Shown here: piece after piece, positions 26,921-36,963 of the stretch
How the letters are laid out: the number at the start of each line of letters is the position of its first letter
Position numbering within the stretch: the stretch's first letter is position 1
Assembly (NCBI GenBank): GCA_018716115.1
Contig: DVKF01000040.1
Location: 1 to 57,193, forward strand
Source of the DNA: Candidatus Alloscybalousia intestinigallinarum
GTDB lineage: Bacteria; Bacillota_I; Bacilli_A; RF39; UBA660
DNA length: 57,193 bases
Direction: 5' to 3'
Notes under the pieces: model-generated
Databases searched by the model: none
What the model saw: only the letters and a program-made list of their open reading frames with translations
What the model was told of the DNA's origin: nothing
Position numbers and translations under genes: made by a program

Positions 26921-28025
26921 AAAAAGAAAAAATCCATATCATCGTTTTTTGCTTCGTCTTTGTAGTTATACCATTTTATTTACTACCTTAATTCTACTTG
27001 CAGGCAGTGTTTTAAAATACCTTGATTTTGATTGGTTATATCATTATTCTCCTAATCTATATTACTTTTTACGAACCCTAGGACAAAATTTGTATAGTGA
27101 TAATGTGATCTATTTTCTGATTCTCTTAGTGATTTGGTTTATTGGTTTTCTCCTTGTCTTTCATCATAAATTTAAAAAAACATTTACAGATATCGATTCT
27201 CTTGCAGAAGGAATAGACTCCCTATTGGATAAAAATCTTGAATATATTTCTTTACCAGATGGATTAGATTATCTAGAAAAAAAATTAAATCATCTAAAAA
27301 GAGAAGCTGAAAAAAATGAACGACTAGCAAAAGAAAATGAGCAACGAAAAGATGAACTCGTTGTTTATCTAGCGCATGATATTAAAACACCATTAACTTC
27401 GATGATTGGCTATTTATCTTTATTAGATGAAATAAAAGATATGCCAAAAAAACAACAAGAAAAATATATTCAAATTGCCTTAGATAAAGCCTATAAACTA
27501 GAAGAGTTAACGAATGAATTATTCGATATTACTAGATTTAATTCCGAGAAGATTATTCTTGAGAAAGAAATGATTAATTTAAATTTGATGATTGAACAGA
27601 TAATTGATGATTTCTACCCTACCTTAATCGAATTAAATAAAAAGATTGTATTAAATGCGACAGAAAAAATCATGTTGTATGCGGATTCTGATCGACTAGC
27701 ACGAGTTTTCAATAACGTAATTAAAAATGCCCTTTACTATAGTAGTGAAGATAGTACCATTACAATCACGTTAGAAAAAAAAGAAACTACCGCTGAAATT
27801 TTTATCGAAAACAAAGGAAAACAAATTCCAGAAGAAAAACTAAATAAAATATTTGAAAAATTTTATCGGCTCGATTCTTCTAGGACAACAAAGACTGGTG
27901 GGAGTGGATTAGGTCTCGCCATAGCGAAAGAAATCGTGGAACTCCATGAAGGAACAATATCGGTAACAAGTAATAAAGAAAAAACCTGCTTTAAAATTAT
28001 TTTGCCACAAGAAGAAAGTTCATAA
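26910..28025 (+). CDS. Sensor histidine kinase (VanS-like H-box)
   Basis: Two N-terminal TMs. H-box LVVYLAHDIKTPLTSMIGYLSLL, N-box VFNNVIKNALYYS, G-box GGSGLGLAIAKEIV. Preferred TTG start at 26910 overlaps the regulator stop; the ORF-track ATG at 26859 lies inside the regulator gene. Confidence 0.85.
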   Translation: MKNKKRKNPYHRFLLRLCSYTILFTTLILLAGSVLKYLDFDWLYHYSPNLYYFLRTLGQNLYSDNVIYFLILLVIWFIGFLLVFHHKFKKTFTDIDSLAEGIDSLLDKNLEYISLPDGLDYLEKKLNHLKREAEKNERLAKENEQRKDELVVYLAHDIKTPLTSMIGYLSLLDEIKDMPKKQQEKYIQIALDKAYKLEELTNELFDITRFNSEKIILEKEMINLNLMIEQIIDDFYPTLIELNKKIVLNATEKIMLYADSDRLARVFNNVIKNALYYSSEDSTITITLEKKETTAEIFIENKGKQIPEEKLNKIFEKFYRLDSSRTTKTGGSGLGLAIAKEIVELHEGTISVTSNKEKTCFKIILPQEESS

Positions 28026-28028
28026 AAA

Positions 28029-28089
28029 CTTAAGAATTTCCTATGACTTTTTCAAGATATAAAAAAAGAAAAACAGCTATGATATAAAG
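28029..28089 (+). promoter_or_regulatory. Operator-like motif and -10 element upstream of the C39-like peptidase gene, shared with the two-component system promoter
   Basis: AAACTTAAGAATTTCCTATGA (CTTAAGA at 28029..28035, CCTATGA at 28040..28046, TTCAAGA at 28051..28057, 11-bp phasing) and CTATGATATAAA (-10 at 28084..28089). Confidence 0.4.
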
Positions 28090-28120
28090 TATAAATAATC
28101 ATTTCTAAAGGAGACTAACC

Positions 28121-28978
28121 ATGAAAAAAAAGAAAATAAAGAAAAAAATTAGAAAAAGAATTTTACTTTTATTTGTAGTATGTTTAATCGGCTATATTGG
28201 AATTTCTAACTATCCATTACCAAACACCACTAATCCGACTAATGAGGATGCCACATCGACTATCCATGAAGAAGTCTTTCCCCAGACTGATGATCCACTA
28301 ATCGATAATCTTTATCCCCTATCGCTAGAAGATAAAAGAATTCTAACAATCATCGAACAAAAAGAAGAATATCCAGAAATTTTATTAGAAATGTTAGCGA
28401 GAAATATCGATATGGTAGACTATATGATGGGATACCCAGAAAAGAAAGGAAAAGTCTACACCAATCAATTAGAAAACATAGAAAAAGGCGTCTACCCGCT
28501 TCTTCTCCAATATGATCCGAAATGGGGATACGCCTATTATGGAAATAGTGTCATCGCAATTAATGGCTGTGGCCCTACCGCTATCTCCACTGTAGTAGCT
28601 GGCTTAACAGGAAGAAGTGATGTAACGCCATCAACAGTTGCTTCCTACGCCGAAGAAGAAAGTTATTATGTCGAAGGTGTCGGTACGAGTTGGGCATTAA
28701 TGACCGAGGGCGTTAGGAAATATGGGATTACTGGTAAACAAATTACCCTATCGAAAAGTAACCTAATTCAAGAATTACAGGAAAATCATCCCATTATCGC
28801 AAGTATGAAACCAGGTGATTTTACCACTACCGGGCATTTCATCACCATCATCGGAATGAAAAATGGCAAGTTTATCGTTCGTGACTCAAACAGTAAAGAA
28901 AGAAGTAATAAACTCTGGAGTTACGATACCCTTGCCCCGCAAATCAAAAACCTTTGGGCCTTTTCAAAAATGAACTAG
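28121..28978 (+). CDS. Membrane-anchored C39-like (Peptidase_C39_2) cysteine peptidase-domain protein
   Basis: N-terminal K-rich region plus TM. Catalytic Cys context AINGCGPTAISTVVAGL and His context TTGHFITIIGMKNGKFIVRDSN. Confidence 0.7.
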   Translation: MKKKKIKKKIRKRILLLFVVCLIGYIGISNYPLPNTTNPTNEDATSTIHEEVFPQTDDPLIDNLYPLSLEDKRILTIIEQKEEYPEILLEMLARNIDMVDYMMGYPEKKGKVYTNQLENIEKGVYPLLLQYDPKWGYAYYGNSVIAINGCGPTAISTVVAGLTGRSDVTPSTVASYAEEESYYVEGVGTSWALMTEGVRKYGITGKQITLSKSNLIQELQENHPIIASMKPGDFTTTGHFITIIGMKNGKFIVRDSNSKERSNKLWSYDTLAPQIKNLWAFSKMN

Positions 28979-29442
28979 AGATTCAAAATCACAATAGAAA
29001 AATTCAACAATGCCGCTAGTATTAACCATAATAAGTAAGGTAATTGTAAGTAGGCAGCTTTAGAAGAGATACGATAAAACTCTAAAATCATCTTAACGAC
29101 CAAATAAATTAAAAGTAAAATCCAAAAGAAAGCAACTAAACGTAAATTTAAAGTGAAAAAGATGGGAGTCCAAAGAAGATTAACCACCAATTGAACAGCG
29201 TAAGTCATCAAGGCCGAATACCGTTTTGGATGATTACTTTTATAAATGAAGTAACTAGAGATTCCCATCAAAAGATAAAGAATGGTCCAAGCAATTGGAA
29301 AAATGTAAGCTGGCGGAGTAAAAAATGGTTTTTCTAGTAATTCGTAAGCAGCAGAAGGCCTTGCCAAAAATCCAACAATGAGTCCTAAACCAAGGGGTAT
29401 AGCTAAAGAAATAGCTAATGCTTTTTTATTTTTTCTATGCAT
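28975..29442 (-). CDS. tspO: TspO/MBR family tryptophan-rich sensory protein
   Basis: 155 aa with 5 TMs. Motifs KPFFTPPAYIFPIAWTILYLLMG and LVVNLLWTPIFF. Confidence 0.8.
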   Translation of the reverse strand: MHRKNKKALAISLAIPLGLGLIVGFLARPSAAYELLEKPFFTPPAYIFPIAWTILYLLMGISSYFIYKSNHPKRYSALMTYAVQLVVNLLWTPIFFTLNLRLVAFFWILLLIYLVVKMILEFYRISSKAAYLQLPYLLWLILAALLNFSIVILNL

Positions 29443-29490
29443 AAAAACACCTCATACTTATTCTTATGCAGAAATAGAAAAAATATTATA

Positions 29491-30525
29491 TTAATATAAA
29501 GTCACAACCACCAATTCACTTTTTCCGGCAGTCCGAATTGGAATTCCCCAAGTTCCATAGCCATTTGAGATAACTAGATGATAGTTATCTTTTGTTTTGG
29601 CTCCATGCTTAACAAAAAAACTTCCTGGAAATAATTGACCACCATGGGTGTGACCAGACAACTGTAAATCGACACCTAATTGATAAGCCTGATCTTCATC
29701 CTGAGGTTGATGATCTAAGACAATAATCGGATAATTTGAACGAACACCAGACAAAAGTTCTTTTAATGAAAGCCGATCATCTCTAGAATCATCTTTACGA
29801 CCGACAAGATAAAATTTGTCTCCTATTAAACGACTTTCATCCATTAATACTTGAACTCCACCCTTTTCCCAAGCGGACTTTACCTCCTCGTCCAATAAAT
29901 CATGATTGCCTTCTACATAATAAACGCCATAAGTAGTGATTACATGACCGAAACTAGAATAAGCATATTCCTTTAAACTTTCTGGAGTCATTTCATCAAA
30001 AATATCCCCAACTAAAACCAAAACATCGACTTGTTCTTTCTCTACTCTTTCAACAATCTCATCGATAGTATATTCATTTGTTCCTGTTCCTAAATGTAAA
30101 TCCGATAACATTGCGATAGAAAGAGGTTCATCAAGCTTAGAAATATCGTATCTATAGTGATGAATAACCGGATGATTAGCCATATATAAGCCATATAGAG
30201 TAACGAGTAAAGCTAAGATAAATACCGTAATTCCCCGAGCATATACTTTAGAAATAAATGTATAGAGCTTACTTTCTTTTTGACGATGGAAAAGAAAAAA
30301 AACAAGATCAAATAATAGGTAGAAGAAAACAACATAGAAAAAATAAACTGCAAAGTAAGATAACGTAATAATTGATACGATAAAAATACTAAAAATCAGA
30401 AAATAATAGAAAAGATTACTCCACTTACTCTTAGGGTCAGGAACTAATTGTCGTAATTTTCTTCGTAAATAATAGCCAAATAAAAAAGCCGGAGGGATAA
30501 ATAAAAGATAATGAATGAATAGCAT
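29491..30525 (-). CDS. Membrane-bound metallophosphoesterase (calcineurin-like)
   Basis: N-terminal TM helices. Motifs LSDLHLG, VGDIFD, GNHD and SGHTHGGQ. Preferred ATG at 30525 (ORF track 30543). Confidence 0.8.
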   Translation of the reverse strand: MLFIHYLLFIPPAFLFGYYLRRKLRQLVPDPKSKWSNLFYYFLIFSIFIVSIITLSYFAVYFFYVVFFYLLFDLVFFLFHRQKESKLYTFISKVYARGITVFILALLVTLYGLYMANHPVIHHYRYDISKLDEPLSIAMLSDLHLGTGTNEYTIDEIVERVEKEQVDVLVLVGDIFDEMTPESLKEYAYSSFGHVITTYGVYYVEGNHDLLDEEVKSAWEKGGVQVLMDESRLIGDKFYLVGRKDDSRDDRLSLKELLSGVRSNYPIIVLDHQPQDEDQAYQLGVDLQLSGHTHGGQLFPGSFFVKHGAKTKDNYHLVISNGYGTWGIPIRTAGKSELVVVTLY

Positions 30526-30629
30526 TTTTTCACATCCTAACAAAGTTCATTATAAAACAAATCACATAAAAAGAAAACTCTCTTAATTATTTTCCTAAAT
30601 AAGAAAGTTTTCTTCGATGAGTATAATCA

Positions 30630-33224
30630 TTAGTCGGTTCTTAAGGCTTCAACTGGATCCTTCTTACTAGCCATACGTGATGGAACTAGACCAGCAATCA
30701 CTGTTAAAGTCATACTGATAATGACTAAAATAATTGCGCCTCCGACTGGTAAAGAAGCAATACCAGAAATACCAACTACATGTTTAATAATCATGTTGAT
30801 TGGGATATTTAATAGTACAGTAATTAAGATTCCCATAGTACCAGCTACTAAACCTTCGATAAAGGTTTCCGCATTAAATACTCTAGAGACATCTTTCTTA
30901 GAAGCACCAATTGCGCGTAGGATACCAATCTCTTTGGTTCTTTCCAAAACAGAAATATAAGTAATAATACCGATCATAATACTAGAAACAATCAAACTAA
31001 TCGCAACAAAAGCAATTAAAATATAACTGATCGTATCGATAATCGTGGAAACACTAGACATCATTACCCCAACAATATCCGTATAGCGAATCACGTCAGC
31101 TTCATTTCCAGATGAAGTTTTATCTTGATTATAATCTTCAATAATTTGAATAATTTCTTCTTTTGAATCAAAATCTTTTGGATAAATTCTAATAGAAGAT
31201 GGTTTATTGATATCAACTACACCCAAGGTTAATAAATTATCTTCGTAACTCGCATTCGCATTTTCAGAATACTGAGTAAGTAAAAGGGATAATTCTTCTT
31301 GAGATAATGTCGCAAGATAAGCTTTTTGTTCAGCAGTTAATTGATCAATAGAAAATTTTTCGTTAGAATCAGAAAAAGGTAAGCCAGTAAAAATATTGAC
31401 TTCAGGAGAAGCAAGTTGTTCTTGCGCGATTTCAGTTTGATTTACTTCTTCGATGACATACTCTGTTAGCGCATGAGTATAACCTATTGTTCCTGATGCG
31501 CTCGTTACGGCTGCTTCTTCATTGGGACGAAGAATACCAACTACTTTAATTTCCGGTGATGAATCAACAAGATCTTTCATATAGGTAGTATCCCCACTTT
31601 TATCTAACCAAATACCATCACTTTTTTGATAATAATCCGTAGGAAGTACTAATTTAAACGTCAAATTTAAAATTTCATCATAAGAATAACTCGTATTTTC
31701 AGTTTCAATTTCTTCTCCATTTTTGATCTTATCCATTAAGTTAGCTAATTCATCTTGATTTTTTAATCCTAAAGCATATAACGCATAATCACTAATCTCA
31801 TTATCTTCGTTGACAATCATGACTACTTCATTATACGCTTCTGGAAAACGTCCAGCTAAGACATCATATTGACTAGATAATAATTCTTGATTATTTAATA
31901 ACTCTTGAAAAACATTCATGGTGGAAGTGCCATTTCCCATCGCATTCTGCATCTCCATCATGCCACTCATTCCATCGATATTAAAGGCATCAAAGACCGT
32001 AGATGGATTTACTTGTAGAACTTCTTCACTCGTATCACTTTTATAAAGATCGATAGGAAGACGATAAGTATACTGAATATCGGTTGTATAATCACGAATA
32101 TTCGTCTTATCACTATCTAAAAACTTCTTGAACTCTTCCAAGTTATTGGTATCTAGTTGGGCGGTCATCGAGTTGATTAAATCCGTCATAATATTACTAG
32201 AATACACTTTATCTAATTCGTGTTCTCCATTATTTTGTTTTCCCATCAAGGTAGTAATCATACTAGCCGTATCGACAGATTGTTCTTCAACAGTAAGAGG
32301 ATAAGAAGAAAGCGTATCTTCTTCTACTCGAGAAATATAATTTTGAACTCCACTCGATAAAGATAAAATTAACGCAATTCCAATTATTCCGATAGAACCC
32401 GCAAAGGCAGTTAAAATCGTTCGCCCTTTTTTGGTCATCAAATTATTCAAACTAAGTGATAAAGCAGTCATAAATGACATTGAAGTCTTTTTAGAAGAAC
32501 GTTTTTTTGTTCGCTCTTTCTTCGCTTTATCCACTTTAATATTTTCTTTTACTGGATTAGAATCATCGGTAATTTTCCCATCCAATAATTTCACAATTCT
32601 AGTAGAATAGCTATCTGCCAGATCAGGATTATGGGTGACCATAACCACTAATTTGTCTTTCGCAATCTCTTTTAATAATTCCATAATCTGAATACTTGTT
32701 TCTGAATCCAAAGCACCTGTTGGTTCATCAGCAAGTAAAATATCTGGATCATTCACTAACGCTCTAGCGATAGCTACTCTTTGCATCTGACCACCCGACA
32801 TTTGATTCGGTTTTTTATGCATTTGTGATTCTAGACCTACTTTTTTCAATACCTCGATAGAACGTTTTCTTCTTTCCTCTTTAGAAACACCAGATAAAGT
32901 AAGAGCTAACTCGACATTCGATAAAGCAGTCTGATGAGGAATCAAATTATAACTTTGAAAGACAAATCCTACCGAATGATTTCGATAAGTATCCCAATCA
33001 CGATCTCGATATTTTTTCGTCGAAACGCCATTGATAATTAAATCGCCTTTCGTATAATCATCTAAACCACCAATGATATTTAATAACGTAGTCTTCCCAC
33101 TACCTGAGGGTCCTAAAATAGAAACAAACTCATTTTCTCTAAACTGAATACTGACATCATCTAAAGCTTTCTGTTCTAAACCTGCGGTTGTATAAACTTT
33201 AGTAATATTTTTAATTTCTAACAT
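30630..33224 (-). CDS. Fused ABC ATPase / FtsX-type permease (MacB-like) with a large extracytoplasmic domain
   Basis: Walker A GPSGSGKTT, signature MSGGQMQRVAIARA, Walker B ILLADEPTGALD. Then a TM, a ~430-aa extracellular region, and a C-terminal FtsX module (RTKEIGILRAIGASKKD). Confidence 0.85.
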   Translation of the reverse strand: MLEIKNITKVYTTAGLEQKALDDVSIQFRENEFVSILGPSGSGKTTLLNIIGGLDDYTKGDLIINGVSTKKYRDRDWDTYRNHSVGFVFQSYNLIPHQTALSNVELALTLSGVSKEERRKRSIEVLKKVGLESQMHKKPNQMSGGQMQRVAIARALVNDPDILLADEPTGALDSETSIQIMELLKEIAKDKLVVMVTHNPDLADSYSTRIVKLLDGKITDDSNPVKENIKVDKAKKERTKKRSSKKTSMSFMTALSLSLNNLMTKKGRTILTAFAGSIGIIGIALILSLSSGVQNYISRVEEDTLSSYPLTVEEQSVDTASMITTLMGKQNNGEHELDKVYSSNIMTDLINSMTAQLDTNNLEEFKKFLDSDKTNIRDYTTDIQYTYRLPIDLYKSDTSEEVLQVNPSTVFDAFNIDGMSGMMEMQNAMGNGTSTMNVFQELLNNQELLSSQYDVLAGRFPEAYNEVVMIVNEDNEISDYALYALGLKNQDELANLMDKIKNGEEIETENTSYSYDEILNLTFKLVLPTDYYQKSDGIWLDKSGDTTYMKDLVDSSPEIKVVGILRPNEEAAVTSASGTIGYTHALTEYVIEEVNQTEIAQEQLASPEVNIFTGLPFSDSNEKFSIDQLTAEQKAYLATLSQEELSLLLTQYSENANASYEDNLLTLGVVDINKPSSIRIYPKDFDSKEEIIQIIEDYNQDKTSSGNEADVIRYTDIVGVMMSSVSTIIDTISYILIAFVAISLIVSSIMIGIITYISVLERTKEIGILRAIGASKKDVSRVFNAETFIEGLVAGTMGILITVLLNIPINMIIKHVVGISGIASLPVGGAIILVIISMTLTVIAGLVPSRMASKKDPVEALRTD

Positions 33225-33336
33225 AGCTGCTACTCCTTTCTAACCAACACTCTATACTATTATACCAAAAAACTCTTTGAAAATAACTTTTTTTCCAATA
33301 ATTGTATAAAATATAATTATTATCCTCATATTATAT

Positions 33337-33786
33337 ATGGTGATAAAAATGAAAGAAAATAATGAATTATTAGAACACATCTATCAAGATGCGGAAATGG
33401 CGTATTACACCCTAGAAAAACTAGAAGAATTCCTAAAAGAAAAAGATAACAAAATTAAAGGATTAGTAGAAGAGATCAAAATGGAATATCAGAAATTTAT
33501 GCAGCAAGCAGAAAGTCATCTAAAAAAAGATAAACAAGAAGTAGTTCCAGAAGCGATGATGACAAAATGGATGGCCAAAATGGGAATCAAAAAAGAAGTA
33601 GATAGTGATAATAGTGACTCGAGTATTGCTGATCTTTTAATTAAAGGTATATCGATGGGCTCGATCAATATGGAAAAGAAGATCAAAGATTATGAAAAAA
33701 GCTGTAACAAAGAAGATTTAAAATTAGCGAAAAAATTTCTTAAATTCCAAGAAGATACCATCGAAGAGTTAAAAGAATATTTATAG
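33337..33786 (+). CDS. Hypothetical helical, E/K-rich cytoplasmic protein
   Basis: 149 aa with no recognisable motif. The start may be the ATG at 33349 after GGTGAT. Confidence 0.5.
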   Translation: MVIKMKENNELLEHIYQDAEMAYYTLEKLEEFLKEKDNKIKGLVEEIKMEYQKFMQQAESHLKKDKQEVVPEAMMTKWMAKMGIKKEVDSDNSDSSIADLLIKGISMGSINMEKKIKDYEKSCNKEDLKLAKKFLKFQEDTIEELKEYL

Positions 33787-33815
33787 GCATCCCTATTTAG
33801 AGATGCCTTTTCTTT
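33786..33815 (+). terminator. Rho-independent terminator, overlapping the 3' end of the convergent ATPase gene
   Basis: GGCATC (33786..33791) pairs with GATGCC (33802..33807), followed by TTTTCTTT. Confidence 0.55.
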
Positions 33816-36492
33816 GTCTTCTACTCTTTCGATGATTCTGATAGCGAAGTTCTTTGTATACTTCCATGACCACTAAAATAATCAAAGCGAGTAATAATAA
33901 GTAAATTAAGTGTAAAACCGGTACTGTCGAAGTCTGTAAAAAGTGACTGAAGAAATCGACTTCCATGACAACAATCTGTAAAAGAATGGAACAGACGATA
34001 ACAATAGGAATAAATATATTACTTCTTAAGGATATTTTGAAGGTAGATTGCTTTTCGCTACGACAGTTAAAGACATGAACATTCTGCATAAATACCATAA
34101 GAGCCATGATATATCCACGAGCAAGCGTAACTTCCATCCCGACTACCTTAATTAAGTAATACCATACCCCAAAGACAATGAGACCGATAGAAGCACCAGC
34201 TAGACCAACTTCAGTCAATAATTCTTTATTGAAAATGGTTTCTTTGGTACTTCTAGGTTTTTCTTTCATTACTCCAGGTTCTGCTTTTTCAAAAGATAGT
34301 GCGAAGTCCTGTAGACCATCCGTAACAATGTTTAGCCACAATAACTGAATGGCAACTAATGGCATCGGTAAATCGAGTAGTATGGATAAAATGAAAAATA
34401 ATACTTCCGCTAACCCACAAGAGAGTAACATATAACTGACTTTTCGAATATTACTGTATGCACAACGGCCTTCCTTGACACCCGCAACAATCGATTTAAA
34501 ATTATCATCGATAATAATCATCGAAGCTGTCTCTTTGGCAACATCGGTTCCACTCCCCATCGCGATTCCGATATTAGCCCCACGAATCGCCGGAGCATCA
34601 TTCACCCCATCACCAGTCACGGCAACAAATTCACCCTGCCGTTTTAACGAACGGATGATTTCATTTTTATCGATCGGAGTTACCCGCGAAAAAACTCGTT
34701 TTCCTTGCACAAAATGATCAAATGCCTCTTGACCTTTAGAAAAGGCTTCAGCAACCTCCTGTCCAGTAGCGACTTCTTCATAGGAAGTAACCAAATGTAA
34801 CTCTTTCGCAATCGCAAATGCCGTTAATGGGTGATCACCGGTAATCATCAACACCTTAATCCCTGCACTTTCACATTCTAGAATAGAACCTTTTACTTCT
34901 TCTCTAATTGGATCAATAAAGGCAACCATTCCCATAAAAGTAAGATTCGGAATATCGGTAATCTCAACCATTTCTTTTGGTTGAAAAGAAGGGCAAACCC
35001 CATCCGCAAGAGCGATGACGCGATATCCTTCGCGCGCCAAATCTTCATTTTGTTTGGCTAATAAAGTAGGATCTAGTTCTTTTTCTTCTTGTTGATCCAT
35101 CATCTTCGATGAAAACTCTAATACCTTTTCAAAAGAACCTTTAACCGTACAACGCACTTCACCATTTAGGCGATAGAACACGGCGGAATACTTATTTTCT
35201 GATTCATAAGGAATTTCCGCTAAAATTTCCAATTCGTCACTACTTACGCCCAACTTCTCAGCTAAGGCCAAAAAGGCAATATCGATCGAGTCACCAAAGC
35301 TTGTCCACTTATCTCCTGATGTTTTTTCTAATTTAGCTTCATTATTTATCTTACCGAGTTGAGCTAAAAAAGTAACCTCTTCTATCTTGGCGTTTCCTGC
35401 AGGAATAACTTTCCCTTTTCCGTTATATCCAGTTCCTGTAACCGTATAACTATTTCCATTAGGTAATAGAATCTTCTTCGCTGTTTGTTCATTGACAGTA
35501 AGCGTCCCCGTCTTATCGGAAGCGATTACAGTACAACTACCTAGACTCTCGACCGCATTCAACTTCTTGACAATGACATTTTTCTTTGCCATCCGATTAG
35601 AAGCAATCGTTAATGCCATCGTAAGCGCAAGTGGTAACCCTTCTGGCATAGCCGAAACCGATAAGGCAATGACGGAAAGGAAAATCTCCGTACCTGGTAC
35701 TCCTTTATAAAATAATAAGATCGTGATAATTATCGCAATAACAATAATTAATAAACTAATTTGTTTAGAAAACTTATCCATCCGAATCGTAAGGGGAGAT
35801 TTGGTTTCTTTCGTGTTATTTACCCGAGACGCAATCGCACCAATCTCTGTATCCATCGCAGTTGCGACAACGACACTTTTGCCCCGCCCAGTAACTACAC
35901 TAGTTCCCGCATAAGCCATATTCTTGCGATCCGCTAAATTCACTTCACCGGTGAATAGAAGATTATTTTTAACAACGGGTAAACTCTCTCCTGTTAACAC
36001 CGACTCATCAATCTGTAAATTATGACAATCGATTAGTCGTAAATCAGCACTGATTTTATTTCCTGATTCTAATAAGACAATATCTCCAACCACTAACTCA
36101 CTAGAATCAATCTCTACTTCTTTACCATCACGTAATACTTTACAACGAACACGAATCAAATTAGCTAGTCCTTCAGCATTCTTCTCTGCTTTCCATTCCT
36201 GAAAAGCCCCTAGCAATAGATCAATCAAAATGATAAATCCAATCGCAATCGCATCGACATATTCATGAATAATCAACGAAAAAATTACCGTAACCAATAA
36301 CAATAAAACAATGGGATCTAAAATTCCTTTAAAAAACAATTTCCAAAACCCATCTGTTTTTTTCTTCGGCAATTCGTTACGCCCATATTGCGCTAAGCGT
36401 TTCTTTGCTTCTTGATGTGTGAGCCCTTGTTCACTAGTAGAAAGTTCTTGATAAATATCAGTCACTTCCTGTTGAAACCACTTTTTCTCCAT
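33793..36492 (-). CDS. P-type cation-transporting ATPase (PMCA/SERCA-like, probably Ca2+)
   Basis: TGES, phosphorylation site SDKTGTLT, TGDHPLTA and VTGDGVNDAPA. About 10 TMs. Preferred ATG at 36492 after GGAGGGG. Confidence 0.9.
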   Translation of the reverse strand: MEKKWFQQEVTDIYQELSTSEQGLTHQEAKKRLAQYGRNELPKKKTDGFWKLFFKGILDPIVLLLLVTVIFSLIIHEYVDAIAIGFIILIDLLLGAFQEWKAEKNAEGLANLIRVRCKVLRDGKEVEIDSSELVVGDIVLLESGNKISADLRLIDCHNLQIDESVLTGESLPVVKNNLLFTGEVNLADRKNMAYAGTSVVTGRGKSVVVATAMDTEIGAIASRVNNTKETKSPLTIRMDKFSKQISLLIIVIAIIITILLFYKGVPGTEIFLSVIALSVSAMPEGLPLALTMALTIASNRMAKKNVIVKKLNAVESLGSCTVIASDKTGTLTVNEQTAKKILLPNGNSYTVTGTGYNGKGKVIPAGNAKIEEVTFLAQLGKINNEAKLEKTSGDKWTSFGDSIDIAFLALAEKLGVSSDELEILAEIPYESENKYSAVFYRLNGEVRCTVKGSFEKVLEFSSKMMDQQEEKELDPTLLAKQNEDLAREGYRVIALADGVCPSFQPKEMVEITDIPNLTFMGMVAFIDPIREEVKGSILECESAGIKVLMITGDHPLTAFAIAKELHLVTSYEEVATGQEVAEAFSKGQEAFDHFVQGKRVFSRVTPIDKNEIIRSLKRQGEFVAVTGDGVNDAPAIRGANIGIAMGSGTDVAKETASMIIIDDNFKSIVAGVKEGRCAYSNIRKVSYMLLSCGLAEVLFFILSILLDLPMPLVAIQLLWLNIVTDGLQDFALSFEKAEPGVMKEKPRSTKETIFNKELLTEVGLAGASIGLIVFGVWYYLIKVVGMEVTLARGYIMALMVFMQNVHVFNCRSEKQSTFKISLRSNIFIPIVIVCSILLQIVVMEVDFFSHFLQTSTVPVLHLIYLLLLALIILVVMEVYKELRYQNHRKSRRQRKGISK

Positions 36493-36523
36493 AAAGCCCC
36501 TCCTATTCCTTATTAATATACCC

Positions 36524-36563
36524 AAAAAAGAAAGGAACTAGTTAATTTCTTTTTAACTAGTCC
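36524..36563 (-). terminator. Rho-independent terminator after the small K-rich membrane protein gene
   Basis: Minus strand reads GGACTAGTTAA-loop-TTAACTAGTTCC followed by TTTCTTTTTT. Confidence 0.55.
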
Positions 36564-36569
36564 CTATTT

Positions 36570-36842
36570 TTATTTATTTTGCGAAAGATCTGCTTTTGTG
36601 TATTTTTTCAACATTATATATTTACGAGACTGTTCATGTTCTTCTTCATCGTCTTCTCCTTTTTTCTTAGAAGAAGAAATACGTCCGTTATTACCATGAT
36701 TGTCGTTATAGTCCGCCACCAATTTTTCTACGTTGACATTTCCCTTTTTCTTTTTTCTCTTTTTTAAGGCAACACCAGCACCGACTAACGCCGCTACTCC
36801 TGTTACTGTAAGTCCAGTAATTACTGCCGTTTTCTTTTTCAT
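36570..36842 (-). CDS. Small single-TM protein with a highly charged tail
   Basis: Preferred ATG at 36842 after AGGAGAG. Sequence MKKKTAVITGLTVTGVAALVGAGVALKKRKKKK followed by a D/E/K-rich tail. Confidence 0.5.
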   Translation of the reverse strand: MKKKTAVITGLTVTGVAALVGAGVALKKRKKKKGNVNVEKLVADYNDNHGNNGRISSSKKKGEDDEEEHEQSRKYIMLKKYTKADLSQNK

Positions 36843-36963
36843 TTTATCTTCTCTCCTCATATTATATCATTTTCTGTTTAAATCATATTTAAACTTAATT
36901 TCATTATACACGAAATTAGAAAAATAGAAAGACTTTTTTTCCTAATCCCATACTTTCCCATAA

